The notes under the pieces were generated by a model. The model worked only from the letters and a program-made list of their open reading frames with translations. It was not told the origin of the DNA and ran no database searches. Shown here in pieces: positions 10,641 to 20,700 of a DNA stretch of 44,261 nt (positions are counted from its first letter, which is position 1; every line of letters starts with the position of its first letter). The position numbers were made by a program, and so were the translations under genes. Source of the stretch: a virus (taxonomy: Duplodnaviria; Caudoviricetes); IMG/VR virus record IMGVR_UViG_3300019459_000014, positions 1-44,261 of that record, one strand, 5' to 3'.

Positions 10641-11848
10641 GTAAGTCTTCTTCAAATTTAAATAAGCAAGTAATATCTATTACCCCAGATGCTGTTATTG
10701 ATTTATATGAAATTGATTTTAGCAATCTGCAGAAAAGCCTTGAGTTTTTAAAGGACGTTTACTCTGTTAACGTGAACGATGAGCCTGTGTATAGATTTTG
10801 TCCAATGATCAATGGAACAAACCCTTTGGTATGGCAGGGAAATTCTTATCAACCGCTACCAATTAAGATGGAAGGTTTTGAGTATCAGGGGGAAGGTAAA
10901 TTACCTAGGCCTAAATTAACAATAGCTAATCCAGAAGGTTTATTTTCTAAGATATTATATGCCAATCAGGATTTTGTTAATTGCAAGGTTACAAGAAAAA
11001 GAACTTTTGCTAGGTTCTTGGATAATCAAAATTTTGAAGTTTCATCAAGGGGCGTTAATGATCAAAACAGGAATGCTTTTGGGAGGAGTGACGATGCAGC
11101 TCATTTTCCTGATGATATATATTTTATAAACCGAAAAACATCTGAAGATAAAAATTCTATTCAATTCGAGCTAGTGTCTGCGCTTGAAATGGAAAATGCT
11201 TGGATTCCGGCTAGACCAATAATCGCTAACCATTGTGTTTGGACTTATAGATGTGAAATTGGATGTAATTATAAAGGACTTCCTATAGAAACTTTAGAAG
11301 GTAAAAATTTAGTTAGAGATTTAAAGTATAATTCTAGCGCCCAAAATTCTGAATCTTCTGATTTGAATCTTGCTTCATATGGAAAAGTTGACGCTCAGAG
11401 ATATACTGGCAAGGGACAATTGTTGAATGCCGTGCCAGAATGGTATAAATTTGGCCATAGATATGAAGAATCTTTTTCAGGAGGGAATACTATAAGGAAT
11501 TTTATTAAAGGTACTCAGGAAAATCCAGAAGGATATTCTACTGGAGATGTTGTTCAGATTATTAATCATAATTCAAGTAACCCTTATCTTAATATTCCAC
11601 AGGTATTTGTTTGTATAAAGAGTCATAGAATTGCTAGTGATCATCATCCATTTTTAGACACAGAATATTGGTTAAAAGATGAATGTTCTAAAAGCGTTAG
11701 TGCTTGTAAAAAAAGGTTTGGGAATATTGAGGAATTAAGAGGGTTTAACTCTATAGCTGGAACAAAAAATCCTGAAGCTATAACTCATGAGTCAACAAAT
11801 CTTCCTTTTGGGGGTTTTCCTGGTGCAGAAAATAATCCTTTCGTGTGA
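10637..11848 (+). CDS. Phage minor tail protein L (lambda gpL-like, Fe-S-binding Cys motif)
   Basis: IDLYEID, WQGNSYQPLPI..GFE, LPRPKLTIAN, VTRKRTFARFLD, FEL.SALE, CVWTYR.EIGC.Y, CSKSVSACKKRF, LPFGGFPG. Confidence 0.93.
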   Translation: MSKSSSNLNKQVISITPDAVIDLYEIDFSNLQKSLEFLKDVYSVNVNDEPVYRFCPMINGTNPLVWQGNSYQPLPIKMEGFEYQGEGKLPRPKLTIANPEGLFSKILYANQDFVNCKVTRKRTFARFLDNQNFEVSSRGVNDQNRNAFGRSDDAAHFPDDIYFINRKTSEDKNSIQFELVSALEMENAWIPARPIIANHCVWTYRCEIGCNYKGLPIETLEGKNLVRDLKYNSSAQNSESSDLNLASYGKVDAQRYTGKGQLLNAVPEWYKFGHRYEESFSGGNTIRNFIKGTQENPEGYSTGDVVQIINHNSSNPYLNIPQVFVCIKSHRIASDHHPFLDTEYWLKDECSKSVSACKKRFGNIEELRGFNSIAGTKNPEAITHESTNLPFGGFPGAENNPFV

Positions 11849-12166
11849 ATGATTTGTGATGATATACTTTCTCAAATAAGATTATATGCTAAGTTGAAAC
11901 CTAGTGAGGAATCTTGCGGGGTGATATGCAGGGAAGGATCAAGTTTAAAGTTTTTAGGATGTCAAAATTTAAGCAATTATCCTGAGGTTCACTTTAGGAT
12001 TAATCCTGAAGTTTTAATTGAAAATAATGTCGTATTTATTTATCATTCTCATGTAAATGCCTCATCTTTTCCTTCTCCTTTTGATATAAAAATGTATAAA
12101 CAATTATGTATTCCTTTTTTAATTTATAGTTTAAGGGATGATGATTTTTACATATACGAAAAATAA
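11849..12166 (+). CDS. Tail assembly protein K-like, JAB/MPN metalloprotease domain only
   Basis: EESCGVI ... YHSHVNASSFPSPFD matches the JAMM motif. Sits between L and I/J. No NlpC/P60 domain. Confidence 0.88.
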   Translation: MICDDILSQIRLYAKLKPSEESCGVICREGSSLKFLGCQNLSNYPEVHFRINPEVLIENNVVFIYHSHVNASSFPSPFDIKMYKQLCIPFLIYSLRDDDFYIYEK

Positions 12167-12172
12167 GTGTAA
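12167..12172 (+). promoter_or_regulatory. GTGTAA motif, candidate phage promoter element
   Basis: AAGTGTAA immediately after the gpK stop, 18 nt before the GTG start at 12191. The same hexamer occurs in three other intergenic gaps. Confidence 0.45.
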
Positions 12173-12190
12173 AAAGAAATAAGGTTTAAG

Positions 12191-15100
12191 GTGAAAAGTA
12201 TATATTTACATGGCAAGCTGGGTAAGCAATTTGGTAGAAAGTGGACACTCAATGTGGACACTATTCCCGAAGCTTTTCATGCCATAGACTGTAATAAAAA
12301 TGGTTTCCTTGATGCCGTCGTTGAATCTTTGTCTGATGGAAATCAATATGTTCTACTAAAAAAAGATATAAATGAAATAAATAGCGAGGAAGATTTAGAA
12401 AAAAATTTACTAAAAGAAGATGAGGTAGAATTAAAAATTAAGAATCAAGAAATTCACCTTGTTCCTTCTGTAGAAGGAGCTGGTCAATGGATTGCCGCAA
12501 AGCTTGCAGAGATTGCTTGGACTAAGCTGATAGTTCAAACTGTCATTATGGTTGCAATAAGTTATGGTATTGCTGCATTAATGAAGCCACCTGAACCTCC
12601 TAAAGTTACAAGCTCAAGTATTAATACTAAATCTTATGTATTAAATGGTGCAGAAAATAGGGTTTCTCAAGGTTCTCCGGTTCCTTTGGGTTACGGCAGG
12701 TTGCGGATTGGGTCTAATGTAATTGGCGCAAAAAGAAAGTTTAAAAATCTAGAAAAACATGAAAATAAACATGCACTTGAGTCTTTTTCCGAAATAGAAT
12801 ATATGGATCTCCTGTGTGAAGGACCTATAGTTGGGTTTGTTGATGATATGGGTAATCCAATTATGGATGCAGAAAATTATGATAAGGCTGTATTTTTGAA
12901 TGATGTTCCTGTTAAGAATAATCAGGGATTATATAATTATATTTTAACAGAAAATTCAAAAGAAGATCATTCTGATATTATAAAAATATCTCTTGGGGAG
13001 CAAAATTCTTTTGGAGCAAAAAATCTATTTGGCGGCGCATCTTATTCTAGGCAATATGATACTTTATTGATCGGGCCATCTCCGTATGTTGATGGCGTCA
13101 ATTATCAATCCAAGAGGTGCGAGAGGCTTAATTTAAGCCAAAATGAAAGGAGAAATTTTCCTTACAATATATCAGGTATGAAGGATATTGATTCATCAAC
13201 AGAGTTTAATGAAATAGAGTTCGCCAAAGAAAATGGGGCAAGAATATTTTCTCATATTGTTACAAACACAAATGTTACAGAGGTTGATATTAATTTGAAG
13301 CTCGAAATGAGCCGAAGGAACAGGAAAGGTGATAATTTTTTTAATTGGTGCGACTTTGTTATACTTGTTCAGTCCGCAGGAAAAGAATATAATGTGCTGG
13401 ATCCAGATTCCGGGTGCGTTTGTCTGTTTAATAATTTAGAAATCGAAGATTTTTCTGCAGAGATAATAACTGACGGAAGTCTTAATGATAATCCTAAATA
13501 TCAATTTGGAAAAAAATATTGGGAAAAACTCTCTGCATCCGAGCAGCAGGCTGTAAATTTTAAACCTATATATAGCGATCAAAATATTGACTCTGATGAG
13601 GTGATGAAGTCTTATGAGATGTTTGTTCAGAATAATCCTGGGGTACTTGAAAGATATCAGCGTTATGTTTTTGATAGAAAATATTTTCAAATAAGAGGAA
13701 TTTCTACGGGAGTGTACGAGTTTTCAATAAATATAAAATTTGAGTGGAATAAAATAACTGAGAAATTAAATAATGGGATGACTTTTAAGGTTATAAAATT
13801 AAGCAATGAATATGATCCTACTGCATCGACTCCAGATAGTGAGGTGGAGACAAATCCAGGAACGAATGGTGAAAACATGAATCAAGTTGGTAAAATTAAT
13901 GTAGAACCCTTTGAGAGATTGGATTCTGTTTATAACGCTTTGGATGGAATTTTAAATAAAAGAACGCTTTCTGTATCTTCTGTTGCCGAAAAAATAAATG
14001 AAAACTTTTATTATCCAAATAGTGCAGTTGCTAGTTTAAAGTTTGATTCAAGAAATTTTTCTTCTGTACCTGAACGGTCATATCATGTCAAGATGAAAAA
14101 AATGCTTGTTCCATCAAATTATGATCCTTTTACTCGTAAATACAAGGGAGCTTGGGATGGATTGTTTAAGGGGCAAAGTGACGGAGAATCTATATATTCA
14201 GTTTCTGATAATGATAAATACTGGAGTGATAATCCTGCTTGGATATTTTATGATGTATTAAGTAATCCAAGGTTCGGGGTAGCAAAATATGGATTGGAAC
14301 AATATAATATTGATAAATGGCAGCTATATAAAGTAGCAAAGTACTGCGATGAATTGGTTGAGACTGGTTATTCTATTGAAACAAAATCTTCAGTCCCGAG
14401 AGCTTTTCATACAGACAATGTTGTTAATTATCAGGATGGTATATCTGAGGAATATGGATATATTACCATAAAGATTGAAGATTATTTTTGGTACCTAAAT
14501 GAATCTGGAGCCGCCAAATTCTCTGAAAAAAGATTTTTAAGTAGGGATTACATACCTCCAGGAATGAGTAGTCGCGATCAGATAATTACATCTGTTAATA
14601 TAGATAATGTTTTTCAAGATATATTTGGGCAAGGGGCTACTTCTTCTGAGGTGGAGAGGTACGCTGATAAAAATGTAACTGTCGAGCTTTTGATATCTTT
14701 TATATTATCTTATTCTAACGAGGAATTGAGAATTAGAGCTACAGAATTGTTGTCAAGTAATGGGGGAACGCCTACAAATTCTGAGATTAAGGATAAGATT
14801 TATTCACTTGAAGAAGAAATTGCTATCAAAACCTTTTCTGTGTACGATTTTAAAAAAGAATTTGGCGATGGAACTTCTTTTAAAGGGAAGAAGATAGCTT
14901 TCTTTATGAATAAACATCATTTTGATGAATATAATGATGCAATTAAACAAAATATTCAACAAAAGTCTTGCTTGAGATCTGGGTACTCTCATATAGAAGA
15001 AAGAATTATTATCCGCACCAACGCTTCCGAAAGAACCGTAACCGTGTCTGGGCCAAGTTTGGATATTGAGGGTTCATATATATATAAAGATGGTAATAAA

Positions 15101-17749
15101 TATTCTTTTGGAGGGTGCGCCGCGCAAATAAATTATCCCACAGTTGAGCCGAGATTTACTAGCAATATCTACTTAACTGATAAGAGTGAAGCATTAAATA
15201 CATTAAACGCATTTAGTTCTGTCTTCAGGGGAATGATAGCTTATTTTGGGGGGCAAGTGAGTGTAACAATGGATTACCCTAAAAAACCAATTAAATTATT
15301 TAATAATTCTAACGTTCATGAGGGGGGATTTACTTACGCTGGAGATTATAAAAGTAAGAAATTTAGTAGCGCAGTTGTCAAATTTAATAATAAAGAAAAA
15401 TCTTTTAGACCTGATATGGTATTTGAGGAGGACCCTTCGCTTATGCAAAAATTTGGATTTTCAGAGAAAGAGAGTATAGGTTTTGGTATAACTTCTAGAT
15501 CTCAAGCGCAAAGGTTAGCGAAATGGATATTATTTACATCAAATCTTGAAGGGGAAAATATTAAATTTAATACATCAATGGAAGCTAATTACCTTGTTCC
15601 AGGATCTATTTTTGAAGTATCCGACGAAATGAGATCAGGTAAATACAAGAGTGGTAGAATCTTAGGAACTGGATTATATAGAACAATAAAAAAAGGTAAA
15701 TCGATAAAAATATTTGATCCATATATAATAATAGATAAACCTGCTTTAACATTGGGAGGACTTTCTAGGGTCGAGATAACAATTTCTTATGGAGCTAGAA
15801 GTGAAAGTTTTCAAAATATTGAGGCTAGATCTATAGGAAATACATATGAATCTGACGAAGATCAAGACGTTGAGATAGAAAATATAAATTCTCCTCAAAT
15901 AATAAAATTCGAGGGCACTTTGGATTTGATCCTCGACAAAGAGGCTTTAAGTGTCGTTTCGGAAAAAACTATTGTCGGTAATCTAATATTAAAAAAGCAA
16001 TTCACTGTATCTATTGATGAGAATTTAATTCTTTTATATCACCACGAATTTAGTGAAGGTGAAAGGGTTAGGTTTGTTAGTGATGGAACGCTTCCTGCGG
16101 GTATAAGTTCCAGAAGAATTCATGAAGAGGCTTATTTTGTTAGAAACCCAACAAAGCATAGCTTTCAATTATCAAAAGAGCAAGACGGTAATATTTTAAA
16201 TATATACAGTGAAGGTTTAGATTCCTTAAATAATCCGGGAGGTATACATTATGTATGTCCAGAGAATATAGATTCAGAATCTCACTTTACGATTAATGCC
16301 TTGAATCAAATATCTGAAGGATCAACTTACTCTTTAAAAAGTTATATTAATTCTGGTATAGAAAATAATGTCAATGAAGATTATTTATCTTCTGCTGAAT
16401 TAAAATTGATTGGCATTGAGAAGGACTTTGTGGATTTTAAAAGCTGGACTATTTCTAAATTTTTTGGTCAATTGTATATCGCCTCAAGACAGTGGGCTTT
16501 TGTTAGGAATTTAGGTTGGACTTATATTGGGGAAGTGTTAACTAAGGGATTGAATTATAATTTATATTTTTATGTAGAAAATATTGGGTGGATTTTTGTT
16601 TTATCTGAGGAAGATGCTAATTTTTCATCACCTGCAACTGGGGGATATTTCTTTTTTATTAGTAATTATGAAGGACATGCAAATATAAGTCCGTGGATTT
16701 TAAATTATAAGAATACAGATAATGAAATTAATCGTTTATTTGTTTATCATAATGACATAAATAATTTTCCAGCATATTCAAAAGTTGATAATAACCCCAT
16801 TGGTTATGTAGATGAAAATAAAGCTATATATTTATTGGATTCTAATGGTTCTGCGATTATATCTGATTCAGTTAAATTAAATCAACTATGGAATTCATCA
16901 AGTTTAAAGTTGACAAAAAATCAATACCTATCTTTACCCAATGAAACTCGAAGTGTTGAAGAAGATGGAAAGGATAGCTTTTACTTGGGTAAGGATTTAT
17001 TTAAACTTGGATATTTTAATTTGGGATACAATTCAAGATCTTCCAACGAAGGAATGAAGATGCAAATTACTCAACTTCAAGCTTCTGGTTTTATGCTTGG
17101 GTTTTTGTCTGAATCTATAGATGATTTGGATGAGCCTGTTACAATTTTACCTATTTTGGGTGAAGAGTCATCATCTAATCCAGGTCTCAAGTTAAGCTCA
17201 ATAAAGAATTTTTTCGCAGTTGATAAATATACTTCTGTGTCCGGACTGGACTGTATTCAACTCGAGCTTGAGGTTGGTCATAATTTATTATTAAAAGAAA
17301 ATTTAGATATAATAATTGAGGGAGTTACTCAATCAAGTCAAGACTTACAATTTAACTCTTTAATTAATTCTGAATGGGCTACAATATATGTTGATGAAGA
17401 TAAAATCGAGCTTGTTGATTCTATATCTTTAAAAGATGTTTTGGATTCCGAGCAAGGCACAATCAATTCTTTCGGTTTAGTGCGTCATATTTCTAGCTTG
17501 AGTTCTGAAAATCAAATATATCTAGATAGAAAATTGTACCGTGTAATAAGAATAAAAGAAAATAGTGAAAATAAATTTGAAATTATAGGCAGTGAATATA
17601 GCCCAAATAAATTTGATGCTATAGATAAAAATATATCTGTTGTTAAACCTTACTTACCTATACCTCCTCAAGCGGATATGGCTGTTCCTGATCCCCCTGA
17701 AGAATTAGAACTTTTTGACTATACAATTAGAGACGTTATAAAAATTTAA
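12191..17749 (+). CDS. Fused tail assembly protein I / tail tip protein J (host specificity)
   Basis: gpI motifs IYLHGKLGKQFG..EA..AI and N...QG.PVPLGYGR..IGS.VI. gpJ motifs DLLCEGPIVG, YPNSA, WDGLFK, WSDNPAWIFYD.LSNPRFG, DKWQLY..AKYCDELV, EPRF, SRSQAQRLAKW. Confidence 0.92.
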   Translation: MKSIYLHGKLGKQFGRKWTLNVDTIPEAFHAIDCNKNGFLDAVVESLSDGNQYVLLKKDINEINSEEDLEKNLLKEDEVELKIKNQEIHLVPSVEGAGQWIAAKLAEIAWTKLIVQTVIMVAISYGIAALMKPPEPPKVTSSSINTKSYVLNGAENRVSQGSPVPLGYGRLRIGSNVIGAKRKFKNLEKHENKHALESFSEIEYMDLLCEGPIVGFVDDMGNPIMDAENYDKAVFLNDVPVKNNQGLYNYILTENSKEDHSDIIKISLGEQNSFGAKNLFGGASYSRQYDTLLIGPSPYVDGVNYQSKRCERLNLSQNERRNFPYNISGMKDIDSSTEFNEIEFAKENGARIFSHIVTNTNVTEVDINLKLEMSRRNRKGDNFFNWCDFVILVQSAGKEYNVLDPDSGCVCLFNNLEIEDFSAEIITDGSLNDNPKYQFGKKYWEKLSASEQQAVNFKPIYSDQNIDSDEVMKSYEMFVQNNPGVLERYQRYVFDRKYFQIRGISTGVYEFSINIKFEWNKITEKLNNGMTFKVIKLSNEYDPTASTPDSEVETNPGTNGENMNQVGKINVEPFERLDSVYNALDGILNKRTLSVSSVAEKINENFYYPNSAVASLKFDSRNFSSVPERSYHVKMKKMLVPSNYDPFTRKYKGAWDGLFKGQSDGESIYSVSDNDKYWSDNPAWIFYDVLSNPRFGVAKYGLEQYNIDKWQLYKVAKYCDELVETGYSIETKSSVPRAFHTDNVVNYQDGISEEYGYITIKIEDYFWYLNESGAAKFSEKRFLSRDYIPPGMSSRDQIITSVNIDNVFQDIFGQGATSSEVERYADKNVTVELLISFILSYSNEELRIRATELLSSNGGTPTNSEIKDKIYSLEEEIAIKTFSVYDFKKEFGDGTSFKGKKIAFFMNKHHFDEYNDAIKQNIQQKSCLRSGYSHIEERIIIRTNASERTVTVSGPSLDIEGSYIYKDGNKYSFGGCAAQINYPTVEPRFTSNIYLTDKSEALNTLNAFSSVFRGMIAYFGGQVSVTMDYPKKPIKLFNNSNVHEGGFTYAGDYKSKKFSSAVVKFNNKEKSFRPDMVFEEDPSLMQKFGFSEKESIGFGITSRSQAQRLAKWILFTSNLEGENIKFNTSMEANYLVPGSIFEVSDEMRSGKYKSGRILGTGLYRTIKKGKSIKIFDPYIIIDKPALTLGGLSRVEITISYGARSESFQNIEARSIGNTYESDEDQDVEIENINSPQIIKFEGTLDLILDKEALSVVSEKTIVGNLILKKQFTVSIDENLILLYHHEFSEGERVRFVSDGTLPAGISSRRIHEEAYFVRNPTKHSFQLSKEQDGNILNIYSEGLDSLNNPGGIHYVCPENIDSESHFTINALNQISEGSTYSLKSYINSGIENNVNEDYLSSAELKLIGIEKDFVDFKSWTISKFFGQLYIASRQWAFVRNLGWTYIGEVLTKGLNYNLYFYVENIGWIFVLSEEDANFSSPATGGYFFFISNYEGHANISPWILNYKNTDNEINRLFVYHNDINNFPAYSKVDNNPIGYVDENKAIYLLDSNGSAIISDSVKLNQLWNSSSLKLTKNQYLSLPNETRSVEEDGKDSFYLGKDLFKLGYFNLGYNSRSSNEGMKMQITQLQASGFMLGFLSESIDDLDEPVTILPILGEESSSNPGLKLSSIKNFFAVDKYTSVSGLDCIQLELEVGHNLLLKENLDIIIEGVTQSSQDLQFNSLINSEWATIYVDEDKIELVDSISLKDVLDSEQGTINSFGLVRHISSLSSENQIYLDRKLYRVIRIKENSENKFEIIGSEYSPNKFDAIDKNISVVKPYLPIPPQADMAVPDPPEELELFDYTIRDVIKI

Positions 17750-17750
17750 A

Positions 17751-20700
17751 ATGAAATCAACAGCATTAGGAGTAAAATTTTTGGTTACAGATTTATCTGT
17801 AAATTATCAACTTGTTGGTACTTCAGATAATTATTCTTTTCAATATGATCTTGGTAAAGGTTCTTCTTTAGTTGAGGAGGTTTACGAAGAATATACTCAT
17901 AGGGTGGATTTAAAGGGAAATTATGGAAGTTTTAATGTTAGGGTTTTCGCGATAAATGATATAGGTATACGATCACAGTATATAGAGCAAACTATTTCTA
18001 TATCAGCTCCGGAATTCAAATCTACATTTTCTTTTAATAATTTAAATAGTATTGTTGATCTTGGTACTGCTAATAATTTAATCGTCTCATCTCCATCTGA
18101 TCAGGATAATAGTCTTATAGTTAATGCTAGTTTTGTTGGAAGAAGCTTATTAATAAATTGGGAACTTATTGCTCCGCCAGGGCACTCAAAGGAGGGGCAG
18201 TCTTTATCTAAAGAACTTTTGAGTGATACATTTTTTGATAAATTTGAGATTACCATAAAAAATGGAGTGGATAGAATATTGATTGATAATGATATTTTAA
18301 ACAATTCTCAAGGATTGCAAAATTATCTTTTGACCGATGATGTTGTAGGGGCTTTGTCTGATTATAGAAATTTTTCTTTTGAAATTACTACTCAAGCTTT
18401 TAATGATTTGGATCTTGATAGACAGTTTGCTATTGAAATAAAATCTTATGATTCTTACGGAAGGAGTTCAATTGCTACAATAAACTGTTCCAATTCTGAG
18501 CCTGAAATTTTAAACTTTACTGAATCTCTTAATTCTTCCTTGACTAGTTTTTCTTGGATAAATAGTGATGATGATTTTAGTAATGTAGTAGTCAAGTATT
18601 TATATGTAAAAAGTAATACAATTCTGAGTGATTATACCGATTTGTATAAGAGTGTAGAATACCTTAGTGAGATTGCAAGTGCTCCTGATTATGTAAGCTT
18701 AAATAATCATCTTTATCTTGTTGGTGAAAAATACTTGTATAGTGATGGTAATGTATATCAAGTTATTCAGGAACATACTGCGGATATAAATAAAAATCCA
18801 TCAAACACTGATTTTTGGGAAAACTTAGGTCCAAAGATTGAGTTCTTTTATACAGATGAAAATCAAGTTGTTGATGGCTCTTTTAGTTTGAGCCAAGCGT
18901 TTGGTTTTGATTATTATTATGTTTTTTGCGCTTATGACGAATATGGAATTGGTCCAACTTATAATTTAACTAAACAAGGAATAGAAGTTCAGGGTGATGA
19001 TGCTATATTAAGCCCCAAGAATTATGAGCTTAAGGTAGATAATCTTTCCTACAGAGAGAGGCAAGATACAATTGTGTTTAATTGGGATATTCTTGATGCT
19101 AATGATGAAGTTGTTGATATCGAACAATTGAAAATTAATAATTCAAATGCAAGCAATGACGTTCTTGGAATTCATGCTTATTTGTATGACGTTAATACTC
19201 AAGAACCTGTCTATGTGATAACTCCAGGTTTTAATTCTAAAAAGTTAGTGAATTCTGTTGCGGGGGACTCTATTTCTGATGCAGGACTAATTTCCACAAA
19301 GATGTTTAATGAATTTGAATACACAAGAGAATTAAATAATGCTATATATGGATCAAGTGGTTATCCTGCTAATGCCGATTACTTTGATACAGGAGTTATT
19401 TATACTCCTGCAAATGAAGATTGCGCTTTATCTAGTGGAGATAATTCTTTGCATAAATCAATAATTAATAACTCATATATTTTCCCTTATGTAAAAATAG
19501 ATTATGAAGAGTGGGATAGTAATGTAACATATTCTTCTGGTGTTGATACTGTATCTTATGAAGGACAAATATATGTTTTGTCTCAAGATTTTGGCCCTCA
19601 GAGCGATATTGTCGAAGGATTTTATAATAACAATGATTCTTATTTATCCAATAAATTTGTTGTTGCTCCTGTGCTTAATGAGGTTTCATTGTTTGACAGT
19701 GCTCAAGGATATAATCAAGGAGATTACGTATACTATAATGCTAGACTGTATTTATGCTTGCAGGATCAAGCGCAGGGGAGCTCTGTAATACCTTCTATAG
19801 CAAACCCTCTTTATTGGCAACCAAAATCAATAGGGTCAGATATATCTTTTGCTTTATATAAATCAAAAAATGATGTGCTTGCAGGAAGTCCGCTTTTACC
19901 ATATCAGGATACGGATAATTGGGAATATCAGAATCCCACTAATTGTCCAACTCACTTCTCCCTTTTGATTCCGTCGTACGAACTGGATTTAAATGAATGG
20001 GGTACAGGAATTAACTTTCTTCAAGGACAATATACTGTTTATAAAAATGATTTATGGATTGCTACTGATTCAAGTGGGCCTGATACTGATGTGGGTTTTT
20101 TGGAGCCCGATCAAAATTCTGATTATTGGACTAATACAATAGATGGTGATCAAGATATTAGTACTAATCATTCTTTGGGTGATTTAGTTTATCATAATAA
20201 TGTAGTTTATAAATGTCTTGCTGATAGTCCAACTGGAGGACCTTTGTTTGCTGATAGTCTAGAAAAAGATTCCGAGTCTTCTTATATACAGTCTCAATGG
20301 CAACCTTTCTGGGAGAGGAATTTTGATTATATAGATATACCCTTGAAGCATATTGCAATACCTGAAAGCGGGAAAAGAAGTATTGGATTACAAGTTTCAC
20401 TTTTAGATGTAAATGAAAATATTTTATCTTCTGGAAGAATTGATGCGGAAAACCCTGCCCCTTATATTTTATATGATGATTTTAATAATACTGATGGTTT
20501 TGTTGATAGTGTCTCTGAGACTACAAAAGTAAAATTTAATTTTAAATATGCATTAGATTTTCAAGAAAAAACTACGAAAGTGTTTTTGTATAGATCTAGT
20601 GTTCAAAATTTTAATATAACCGGAAGCGATGGATTGCCTTATTCTAATCTTCCTTCTGAAAGTAATCCAGACTCAACTCTCGCTAAAATTATCATTGGTC

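Noticed and set aside
17738-17753. Possible programmed frameshift joining gpJ and the 2404-aa fibre (AAAATTTAAAATG)
   Set aside because: The AAATTTA heptamer is not in the X-XXY-YYZ register of the upstream frame, and a normal ATG follows 1 nt after the stop.
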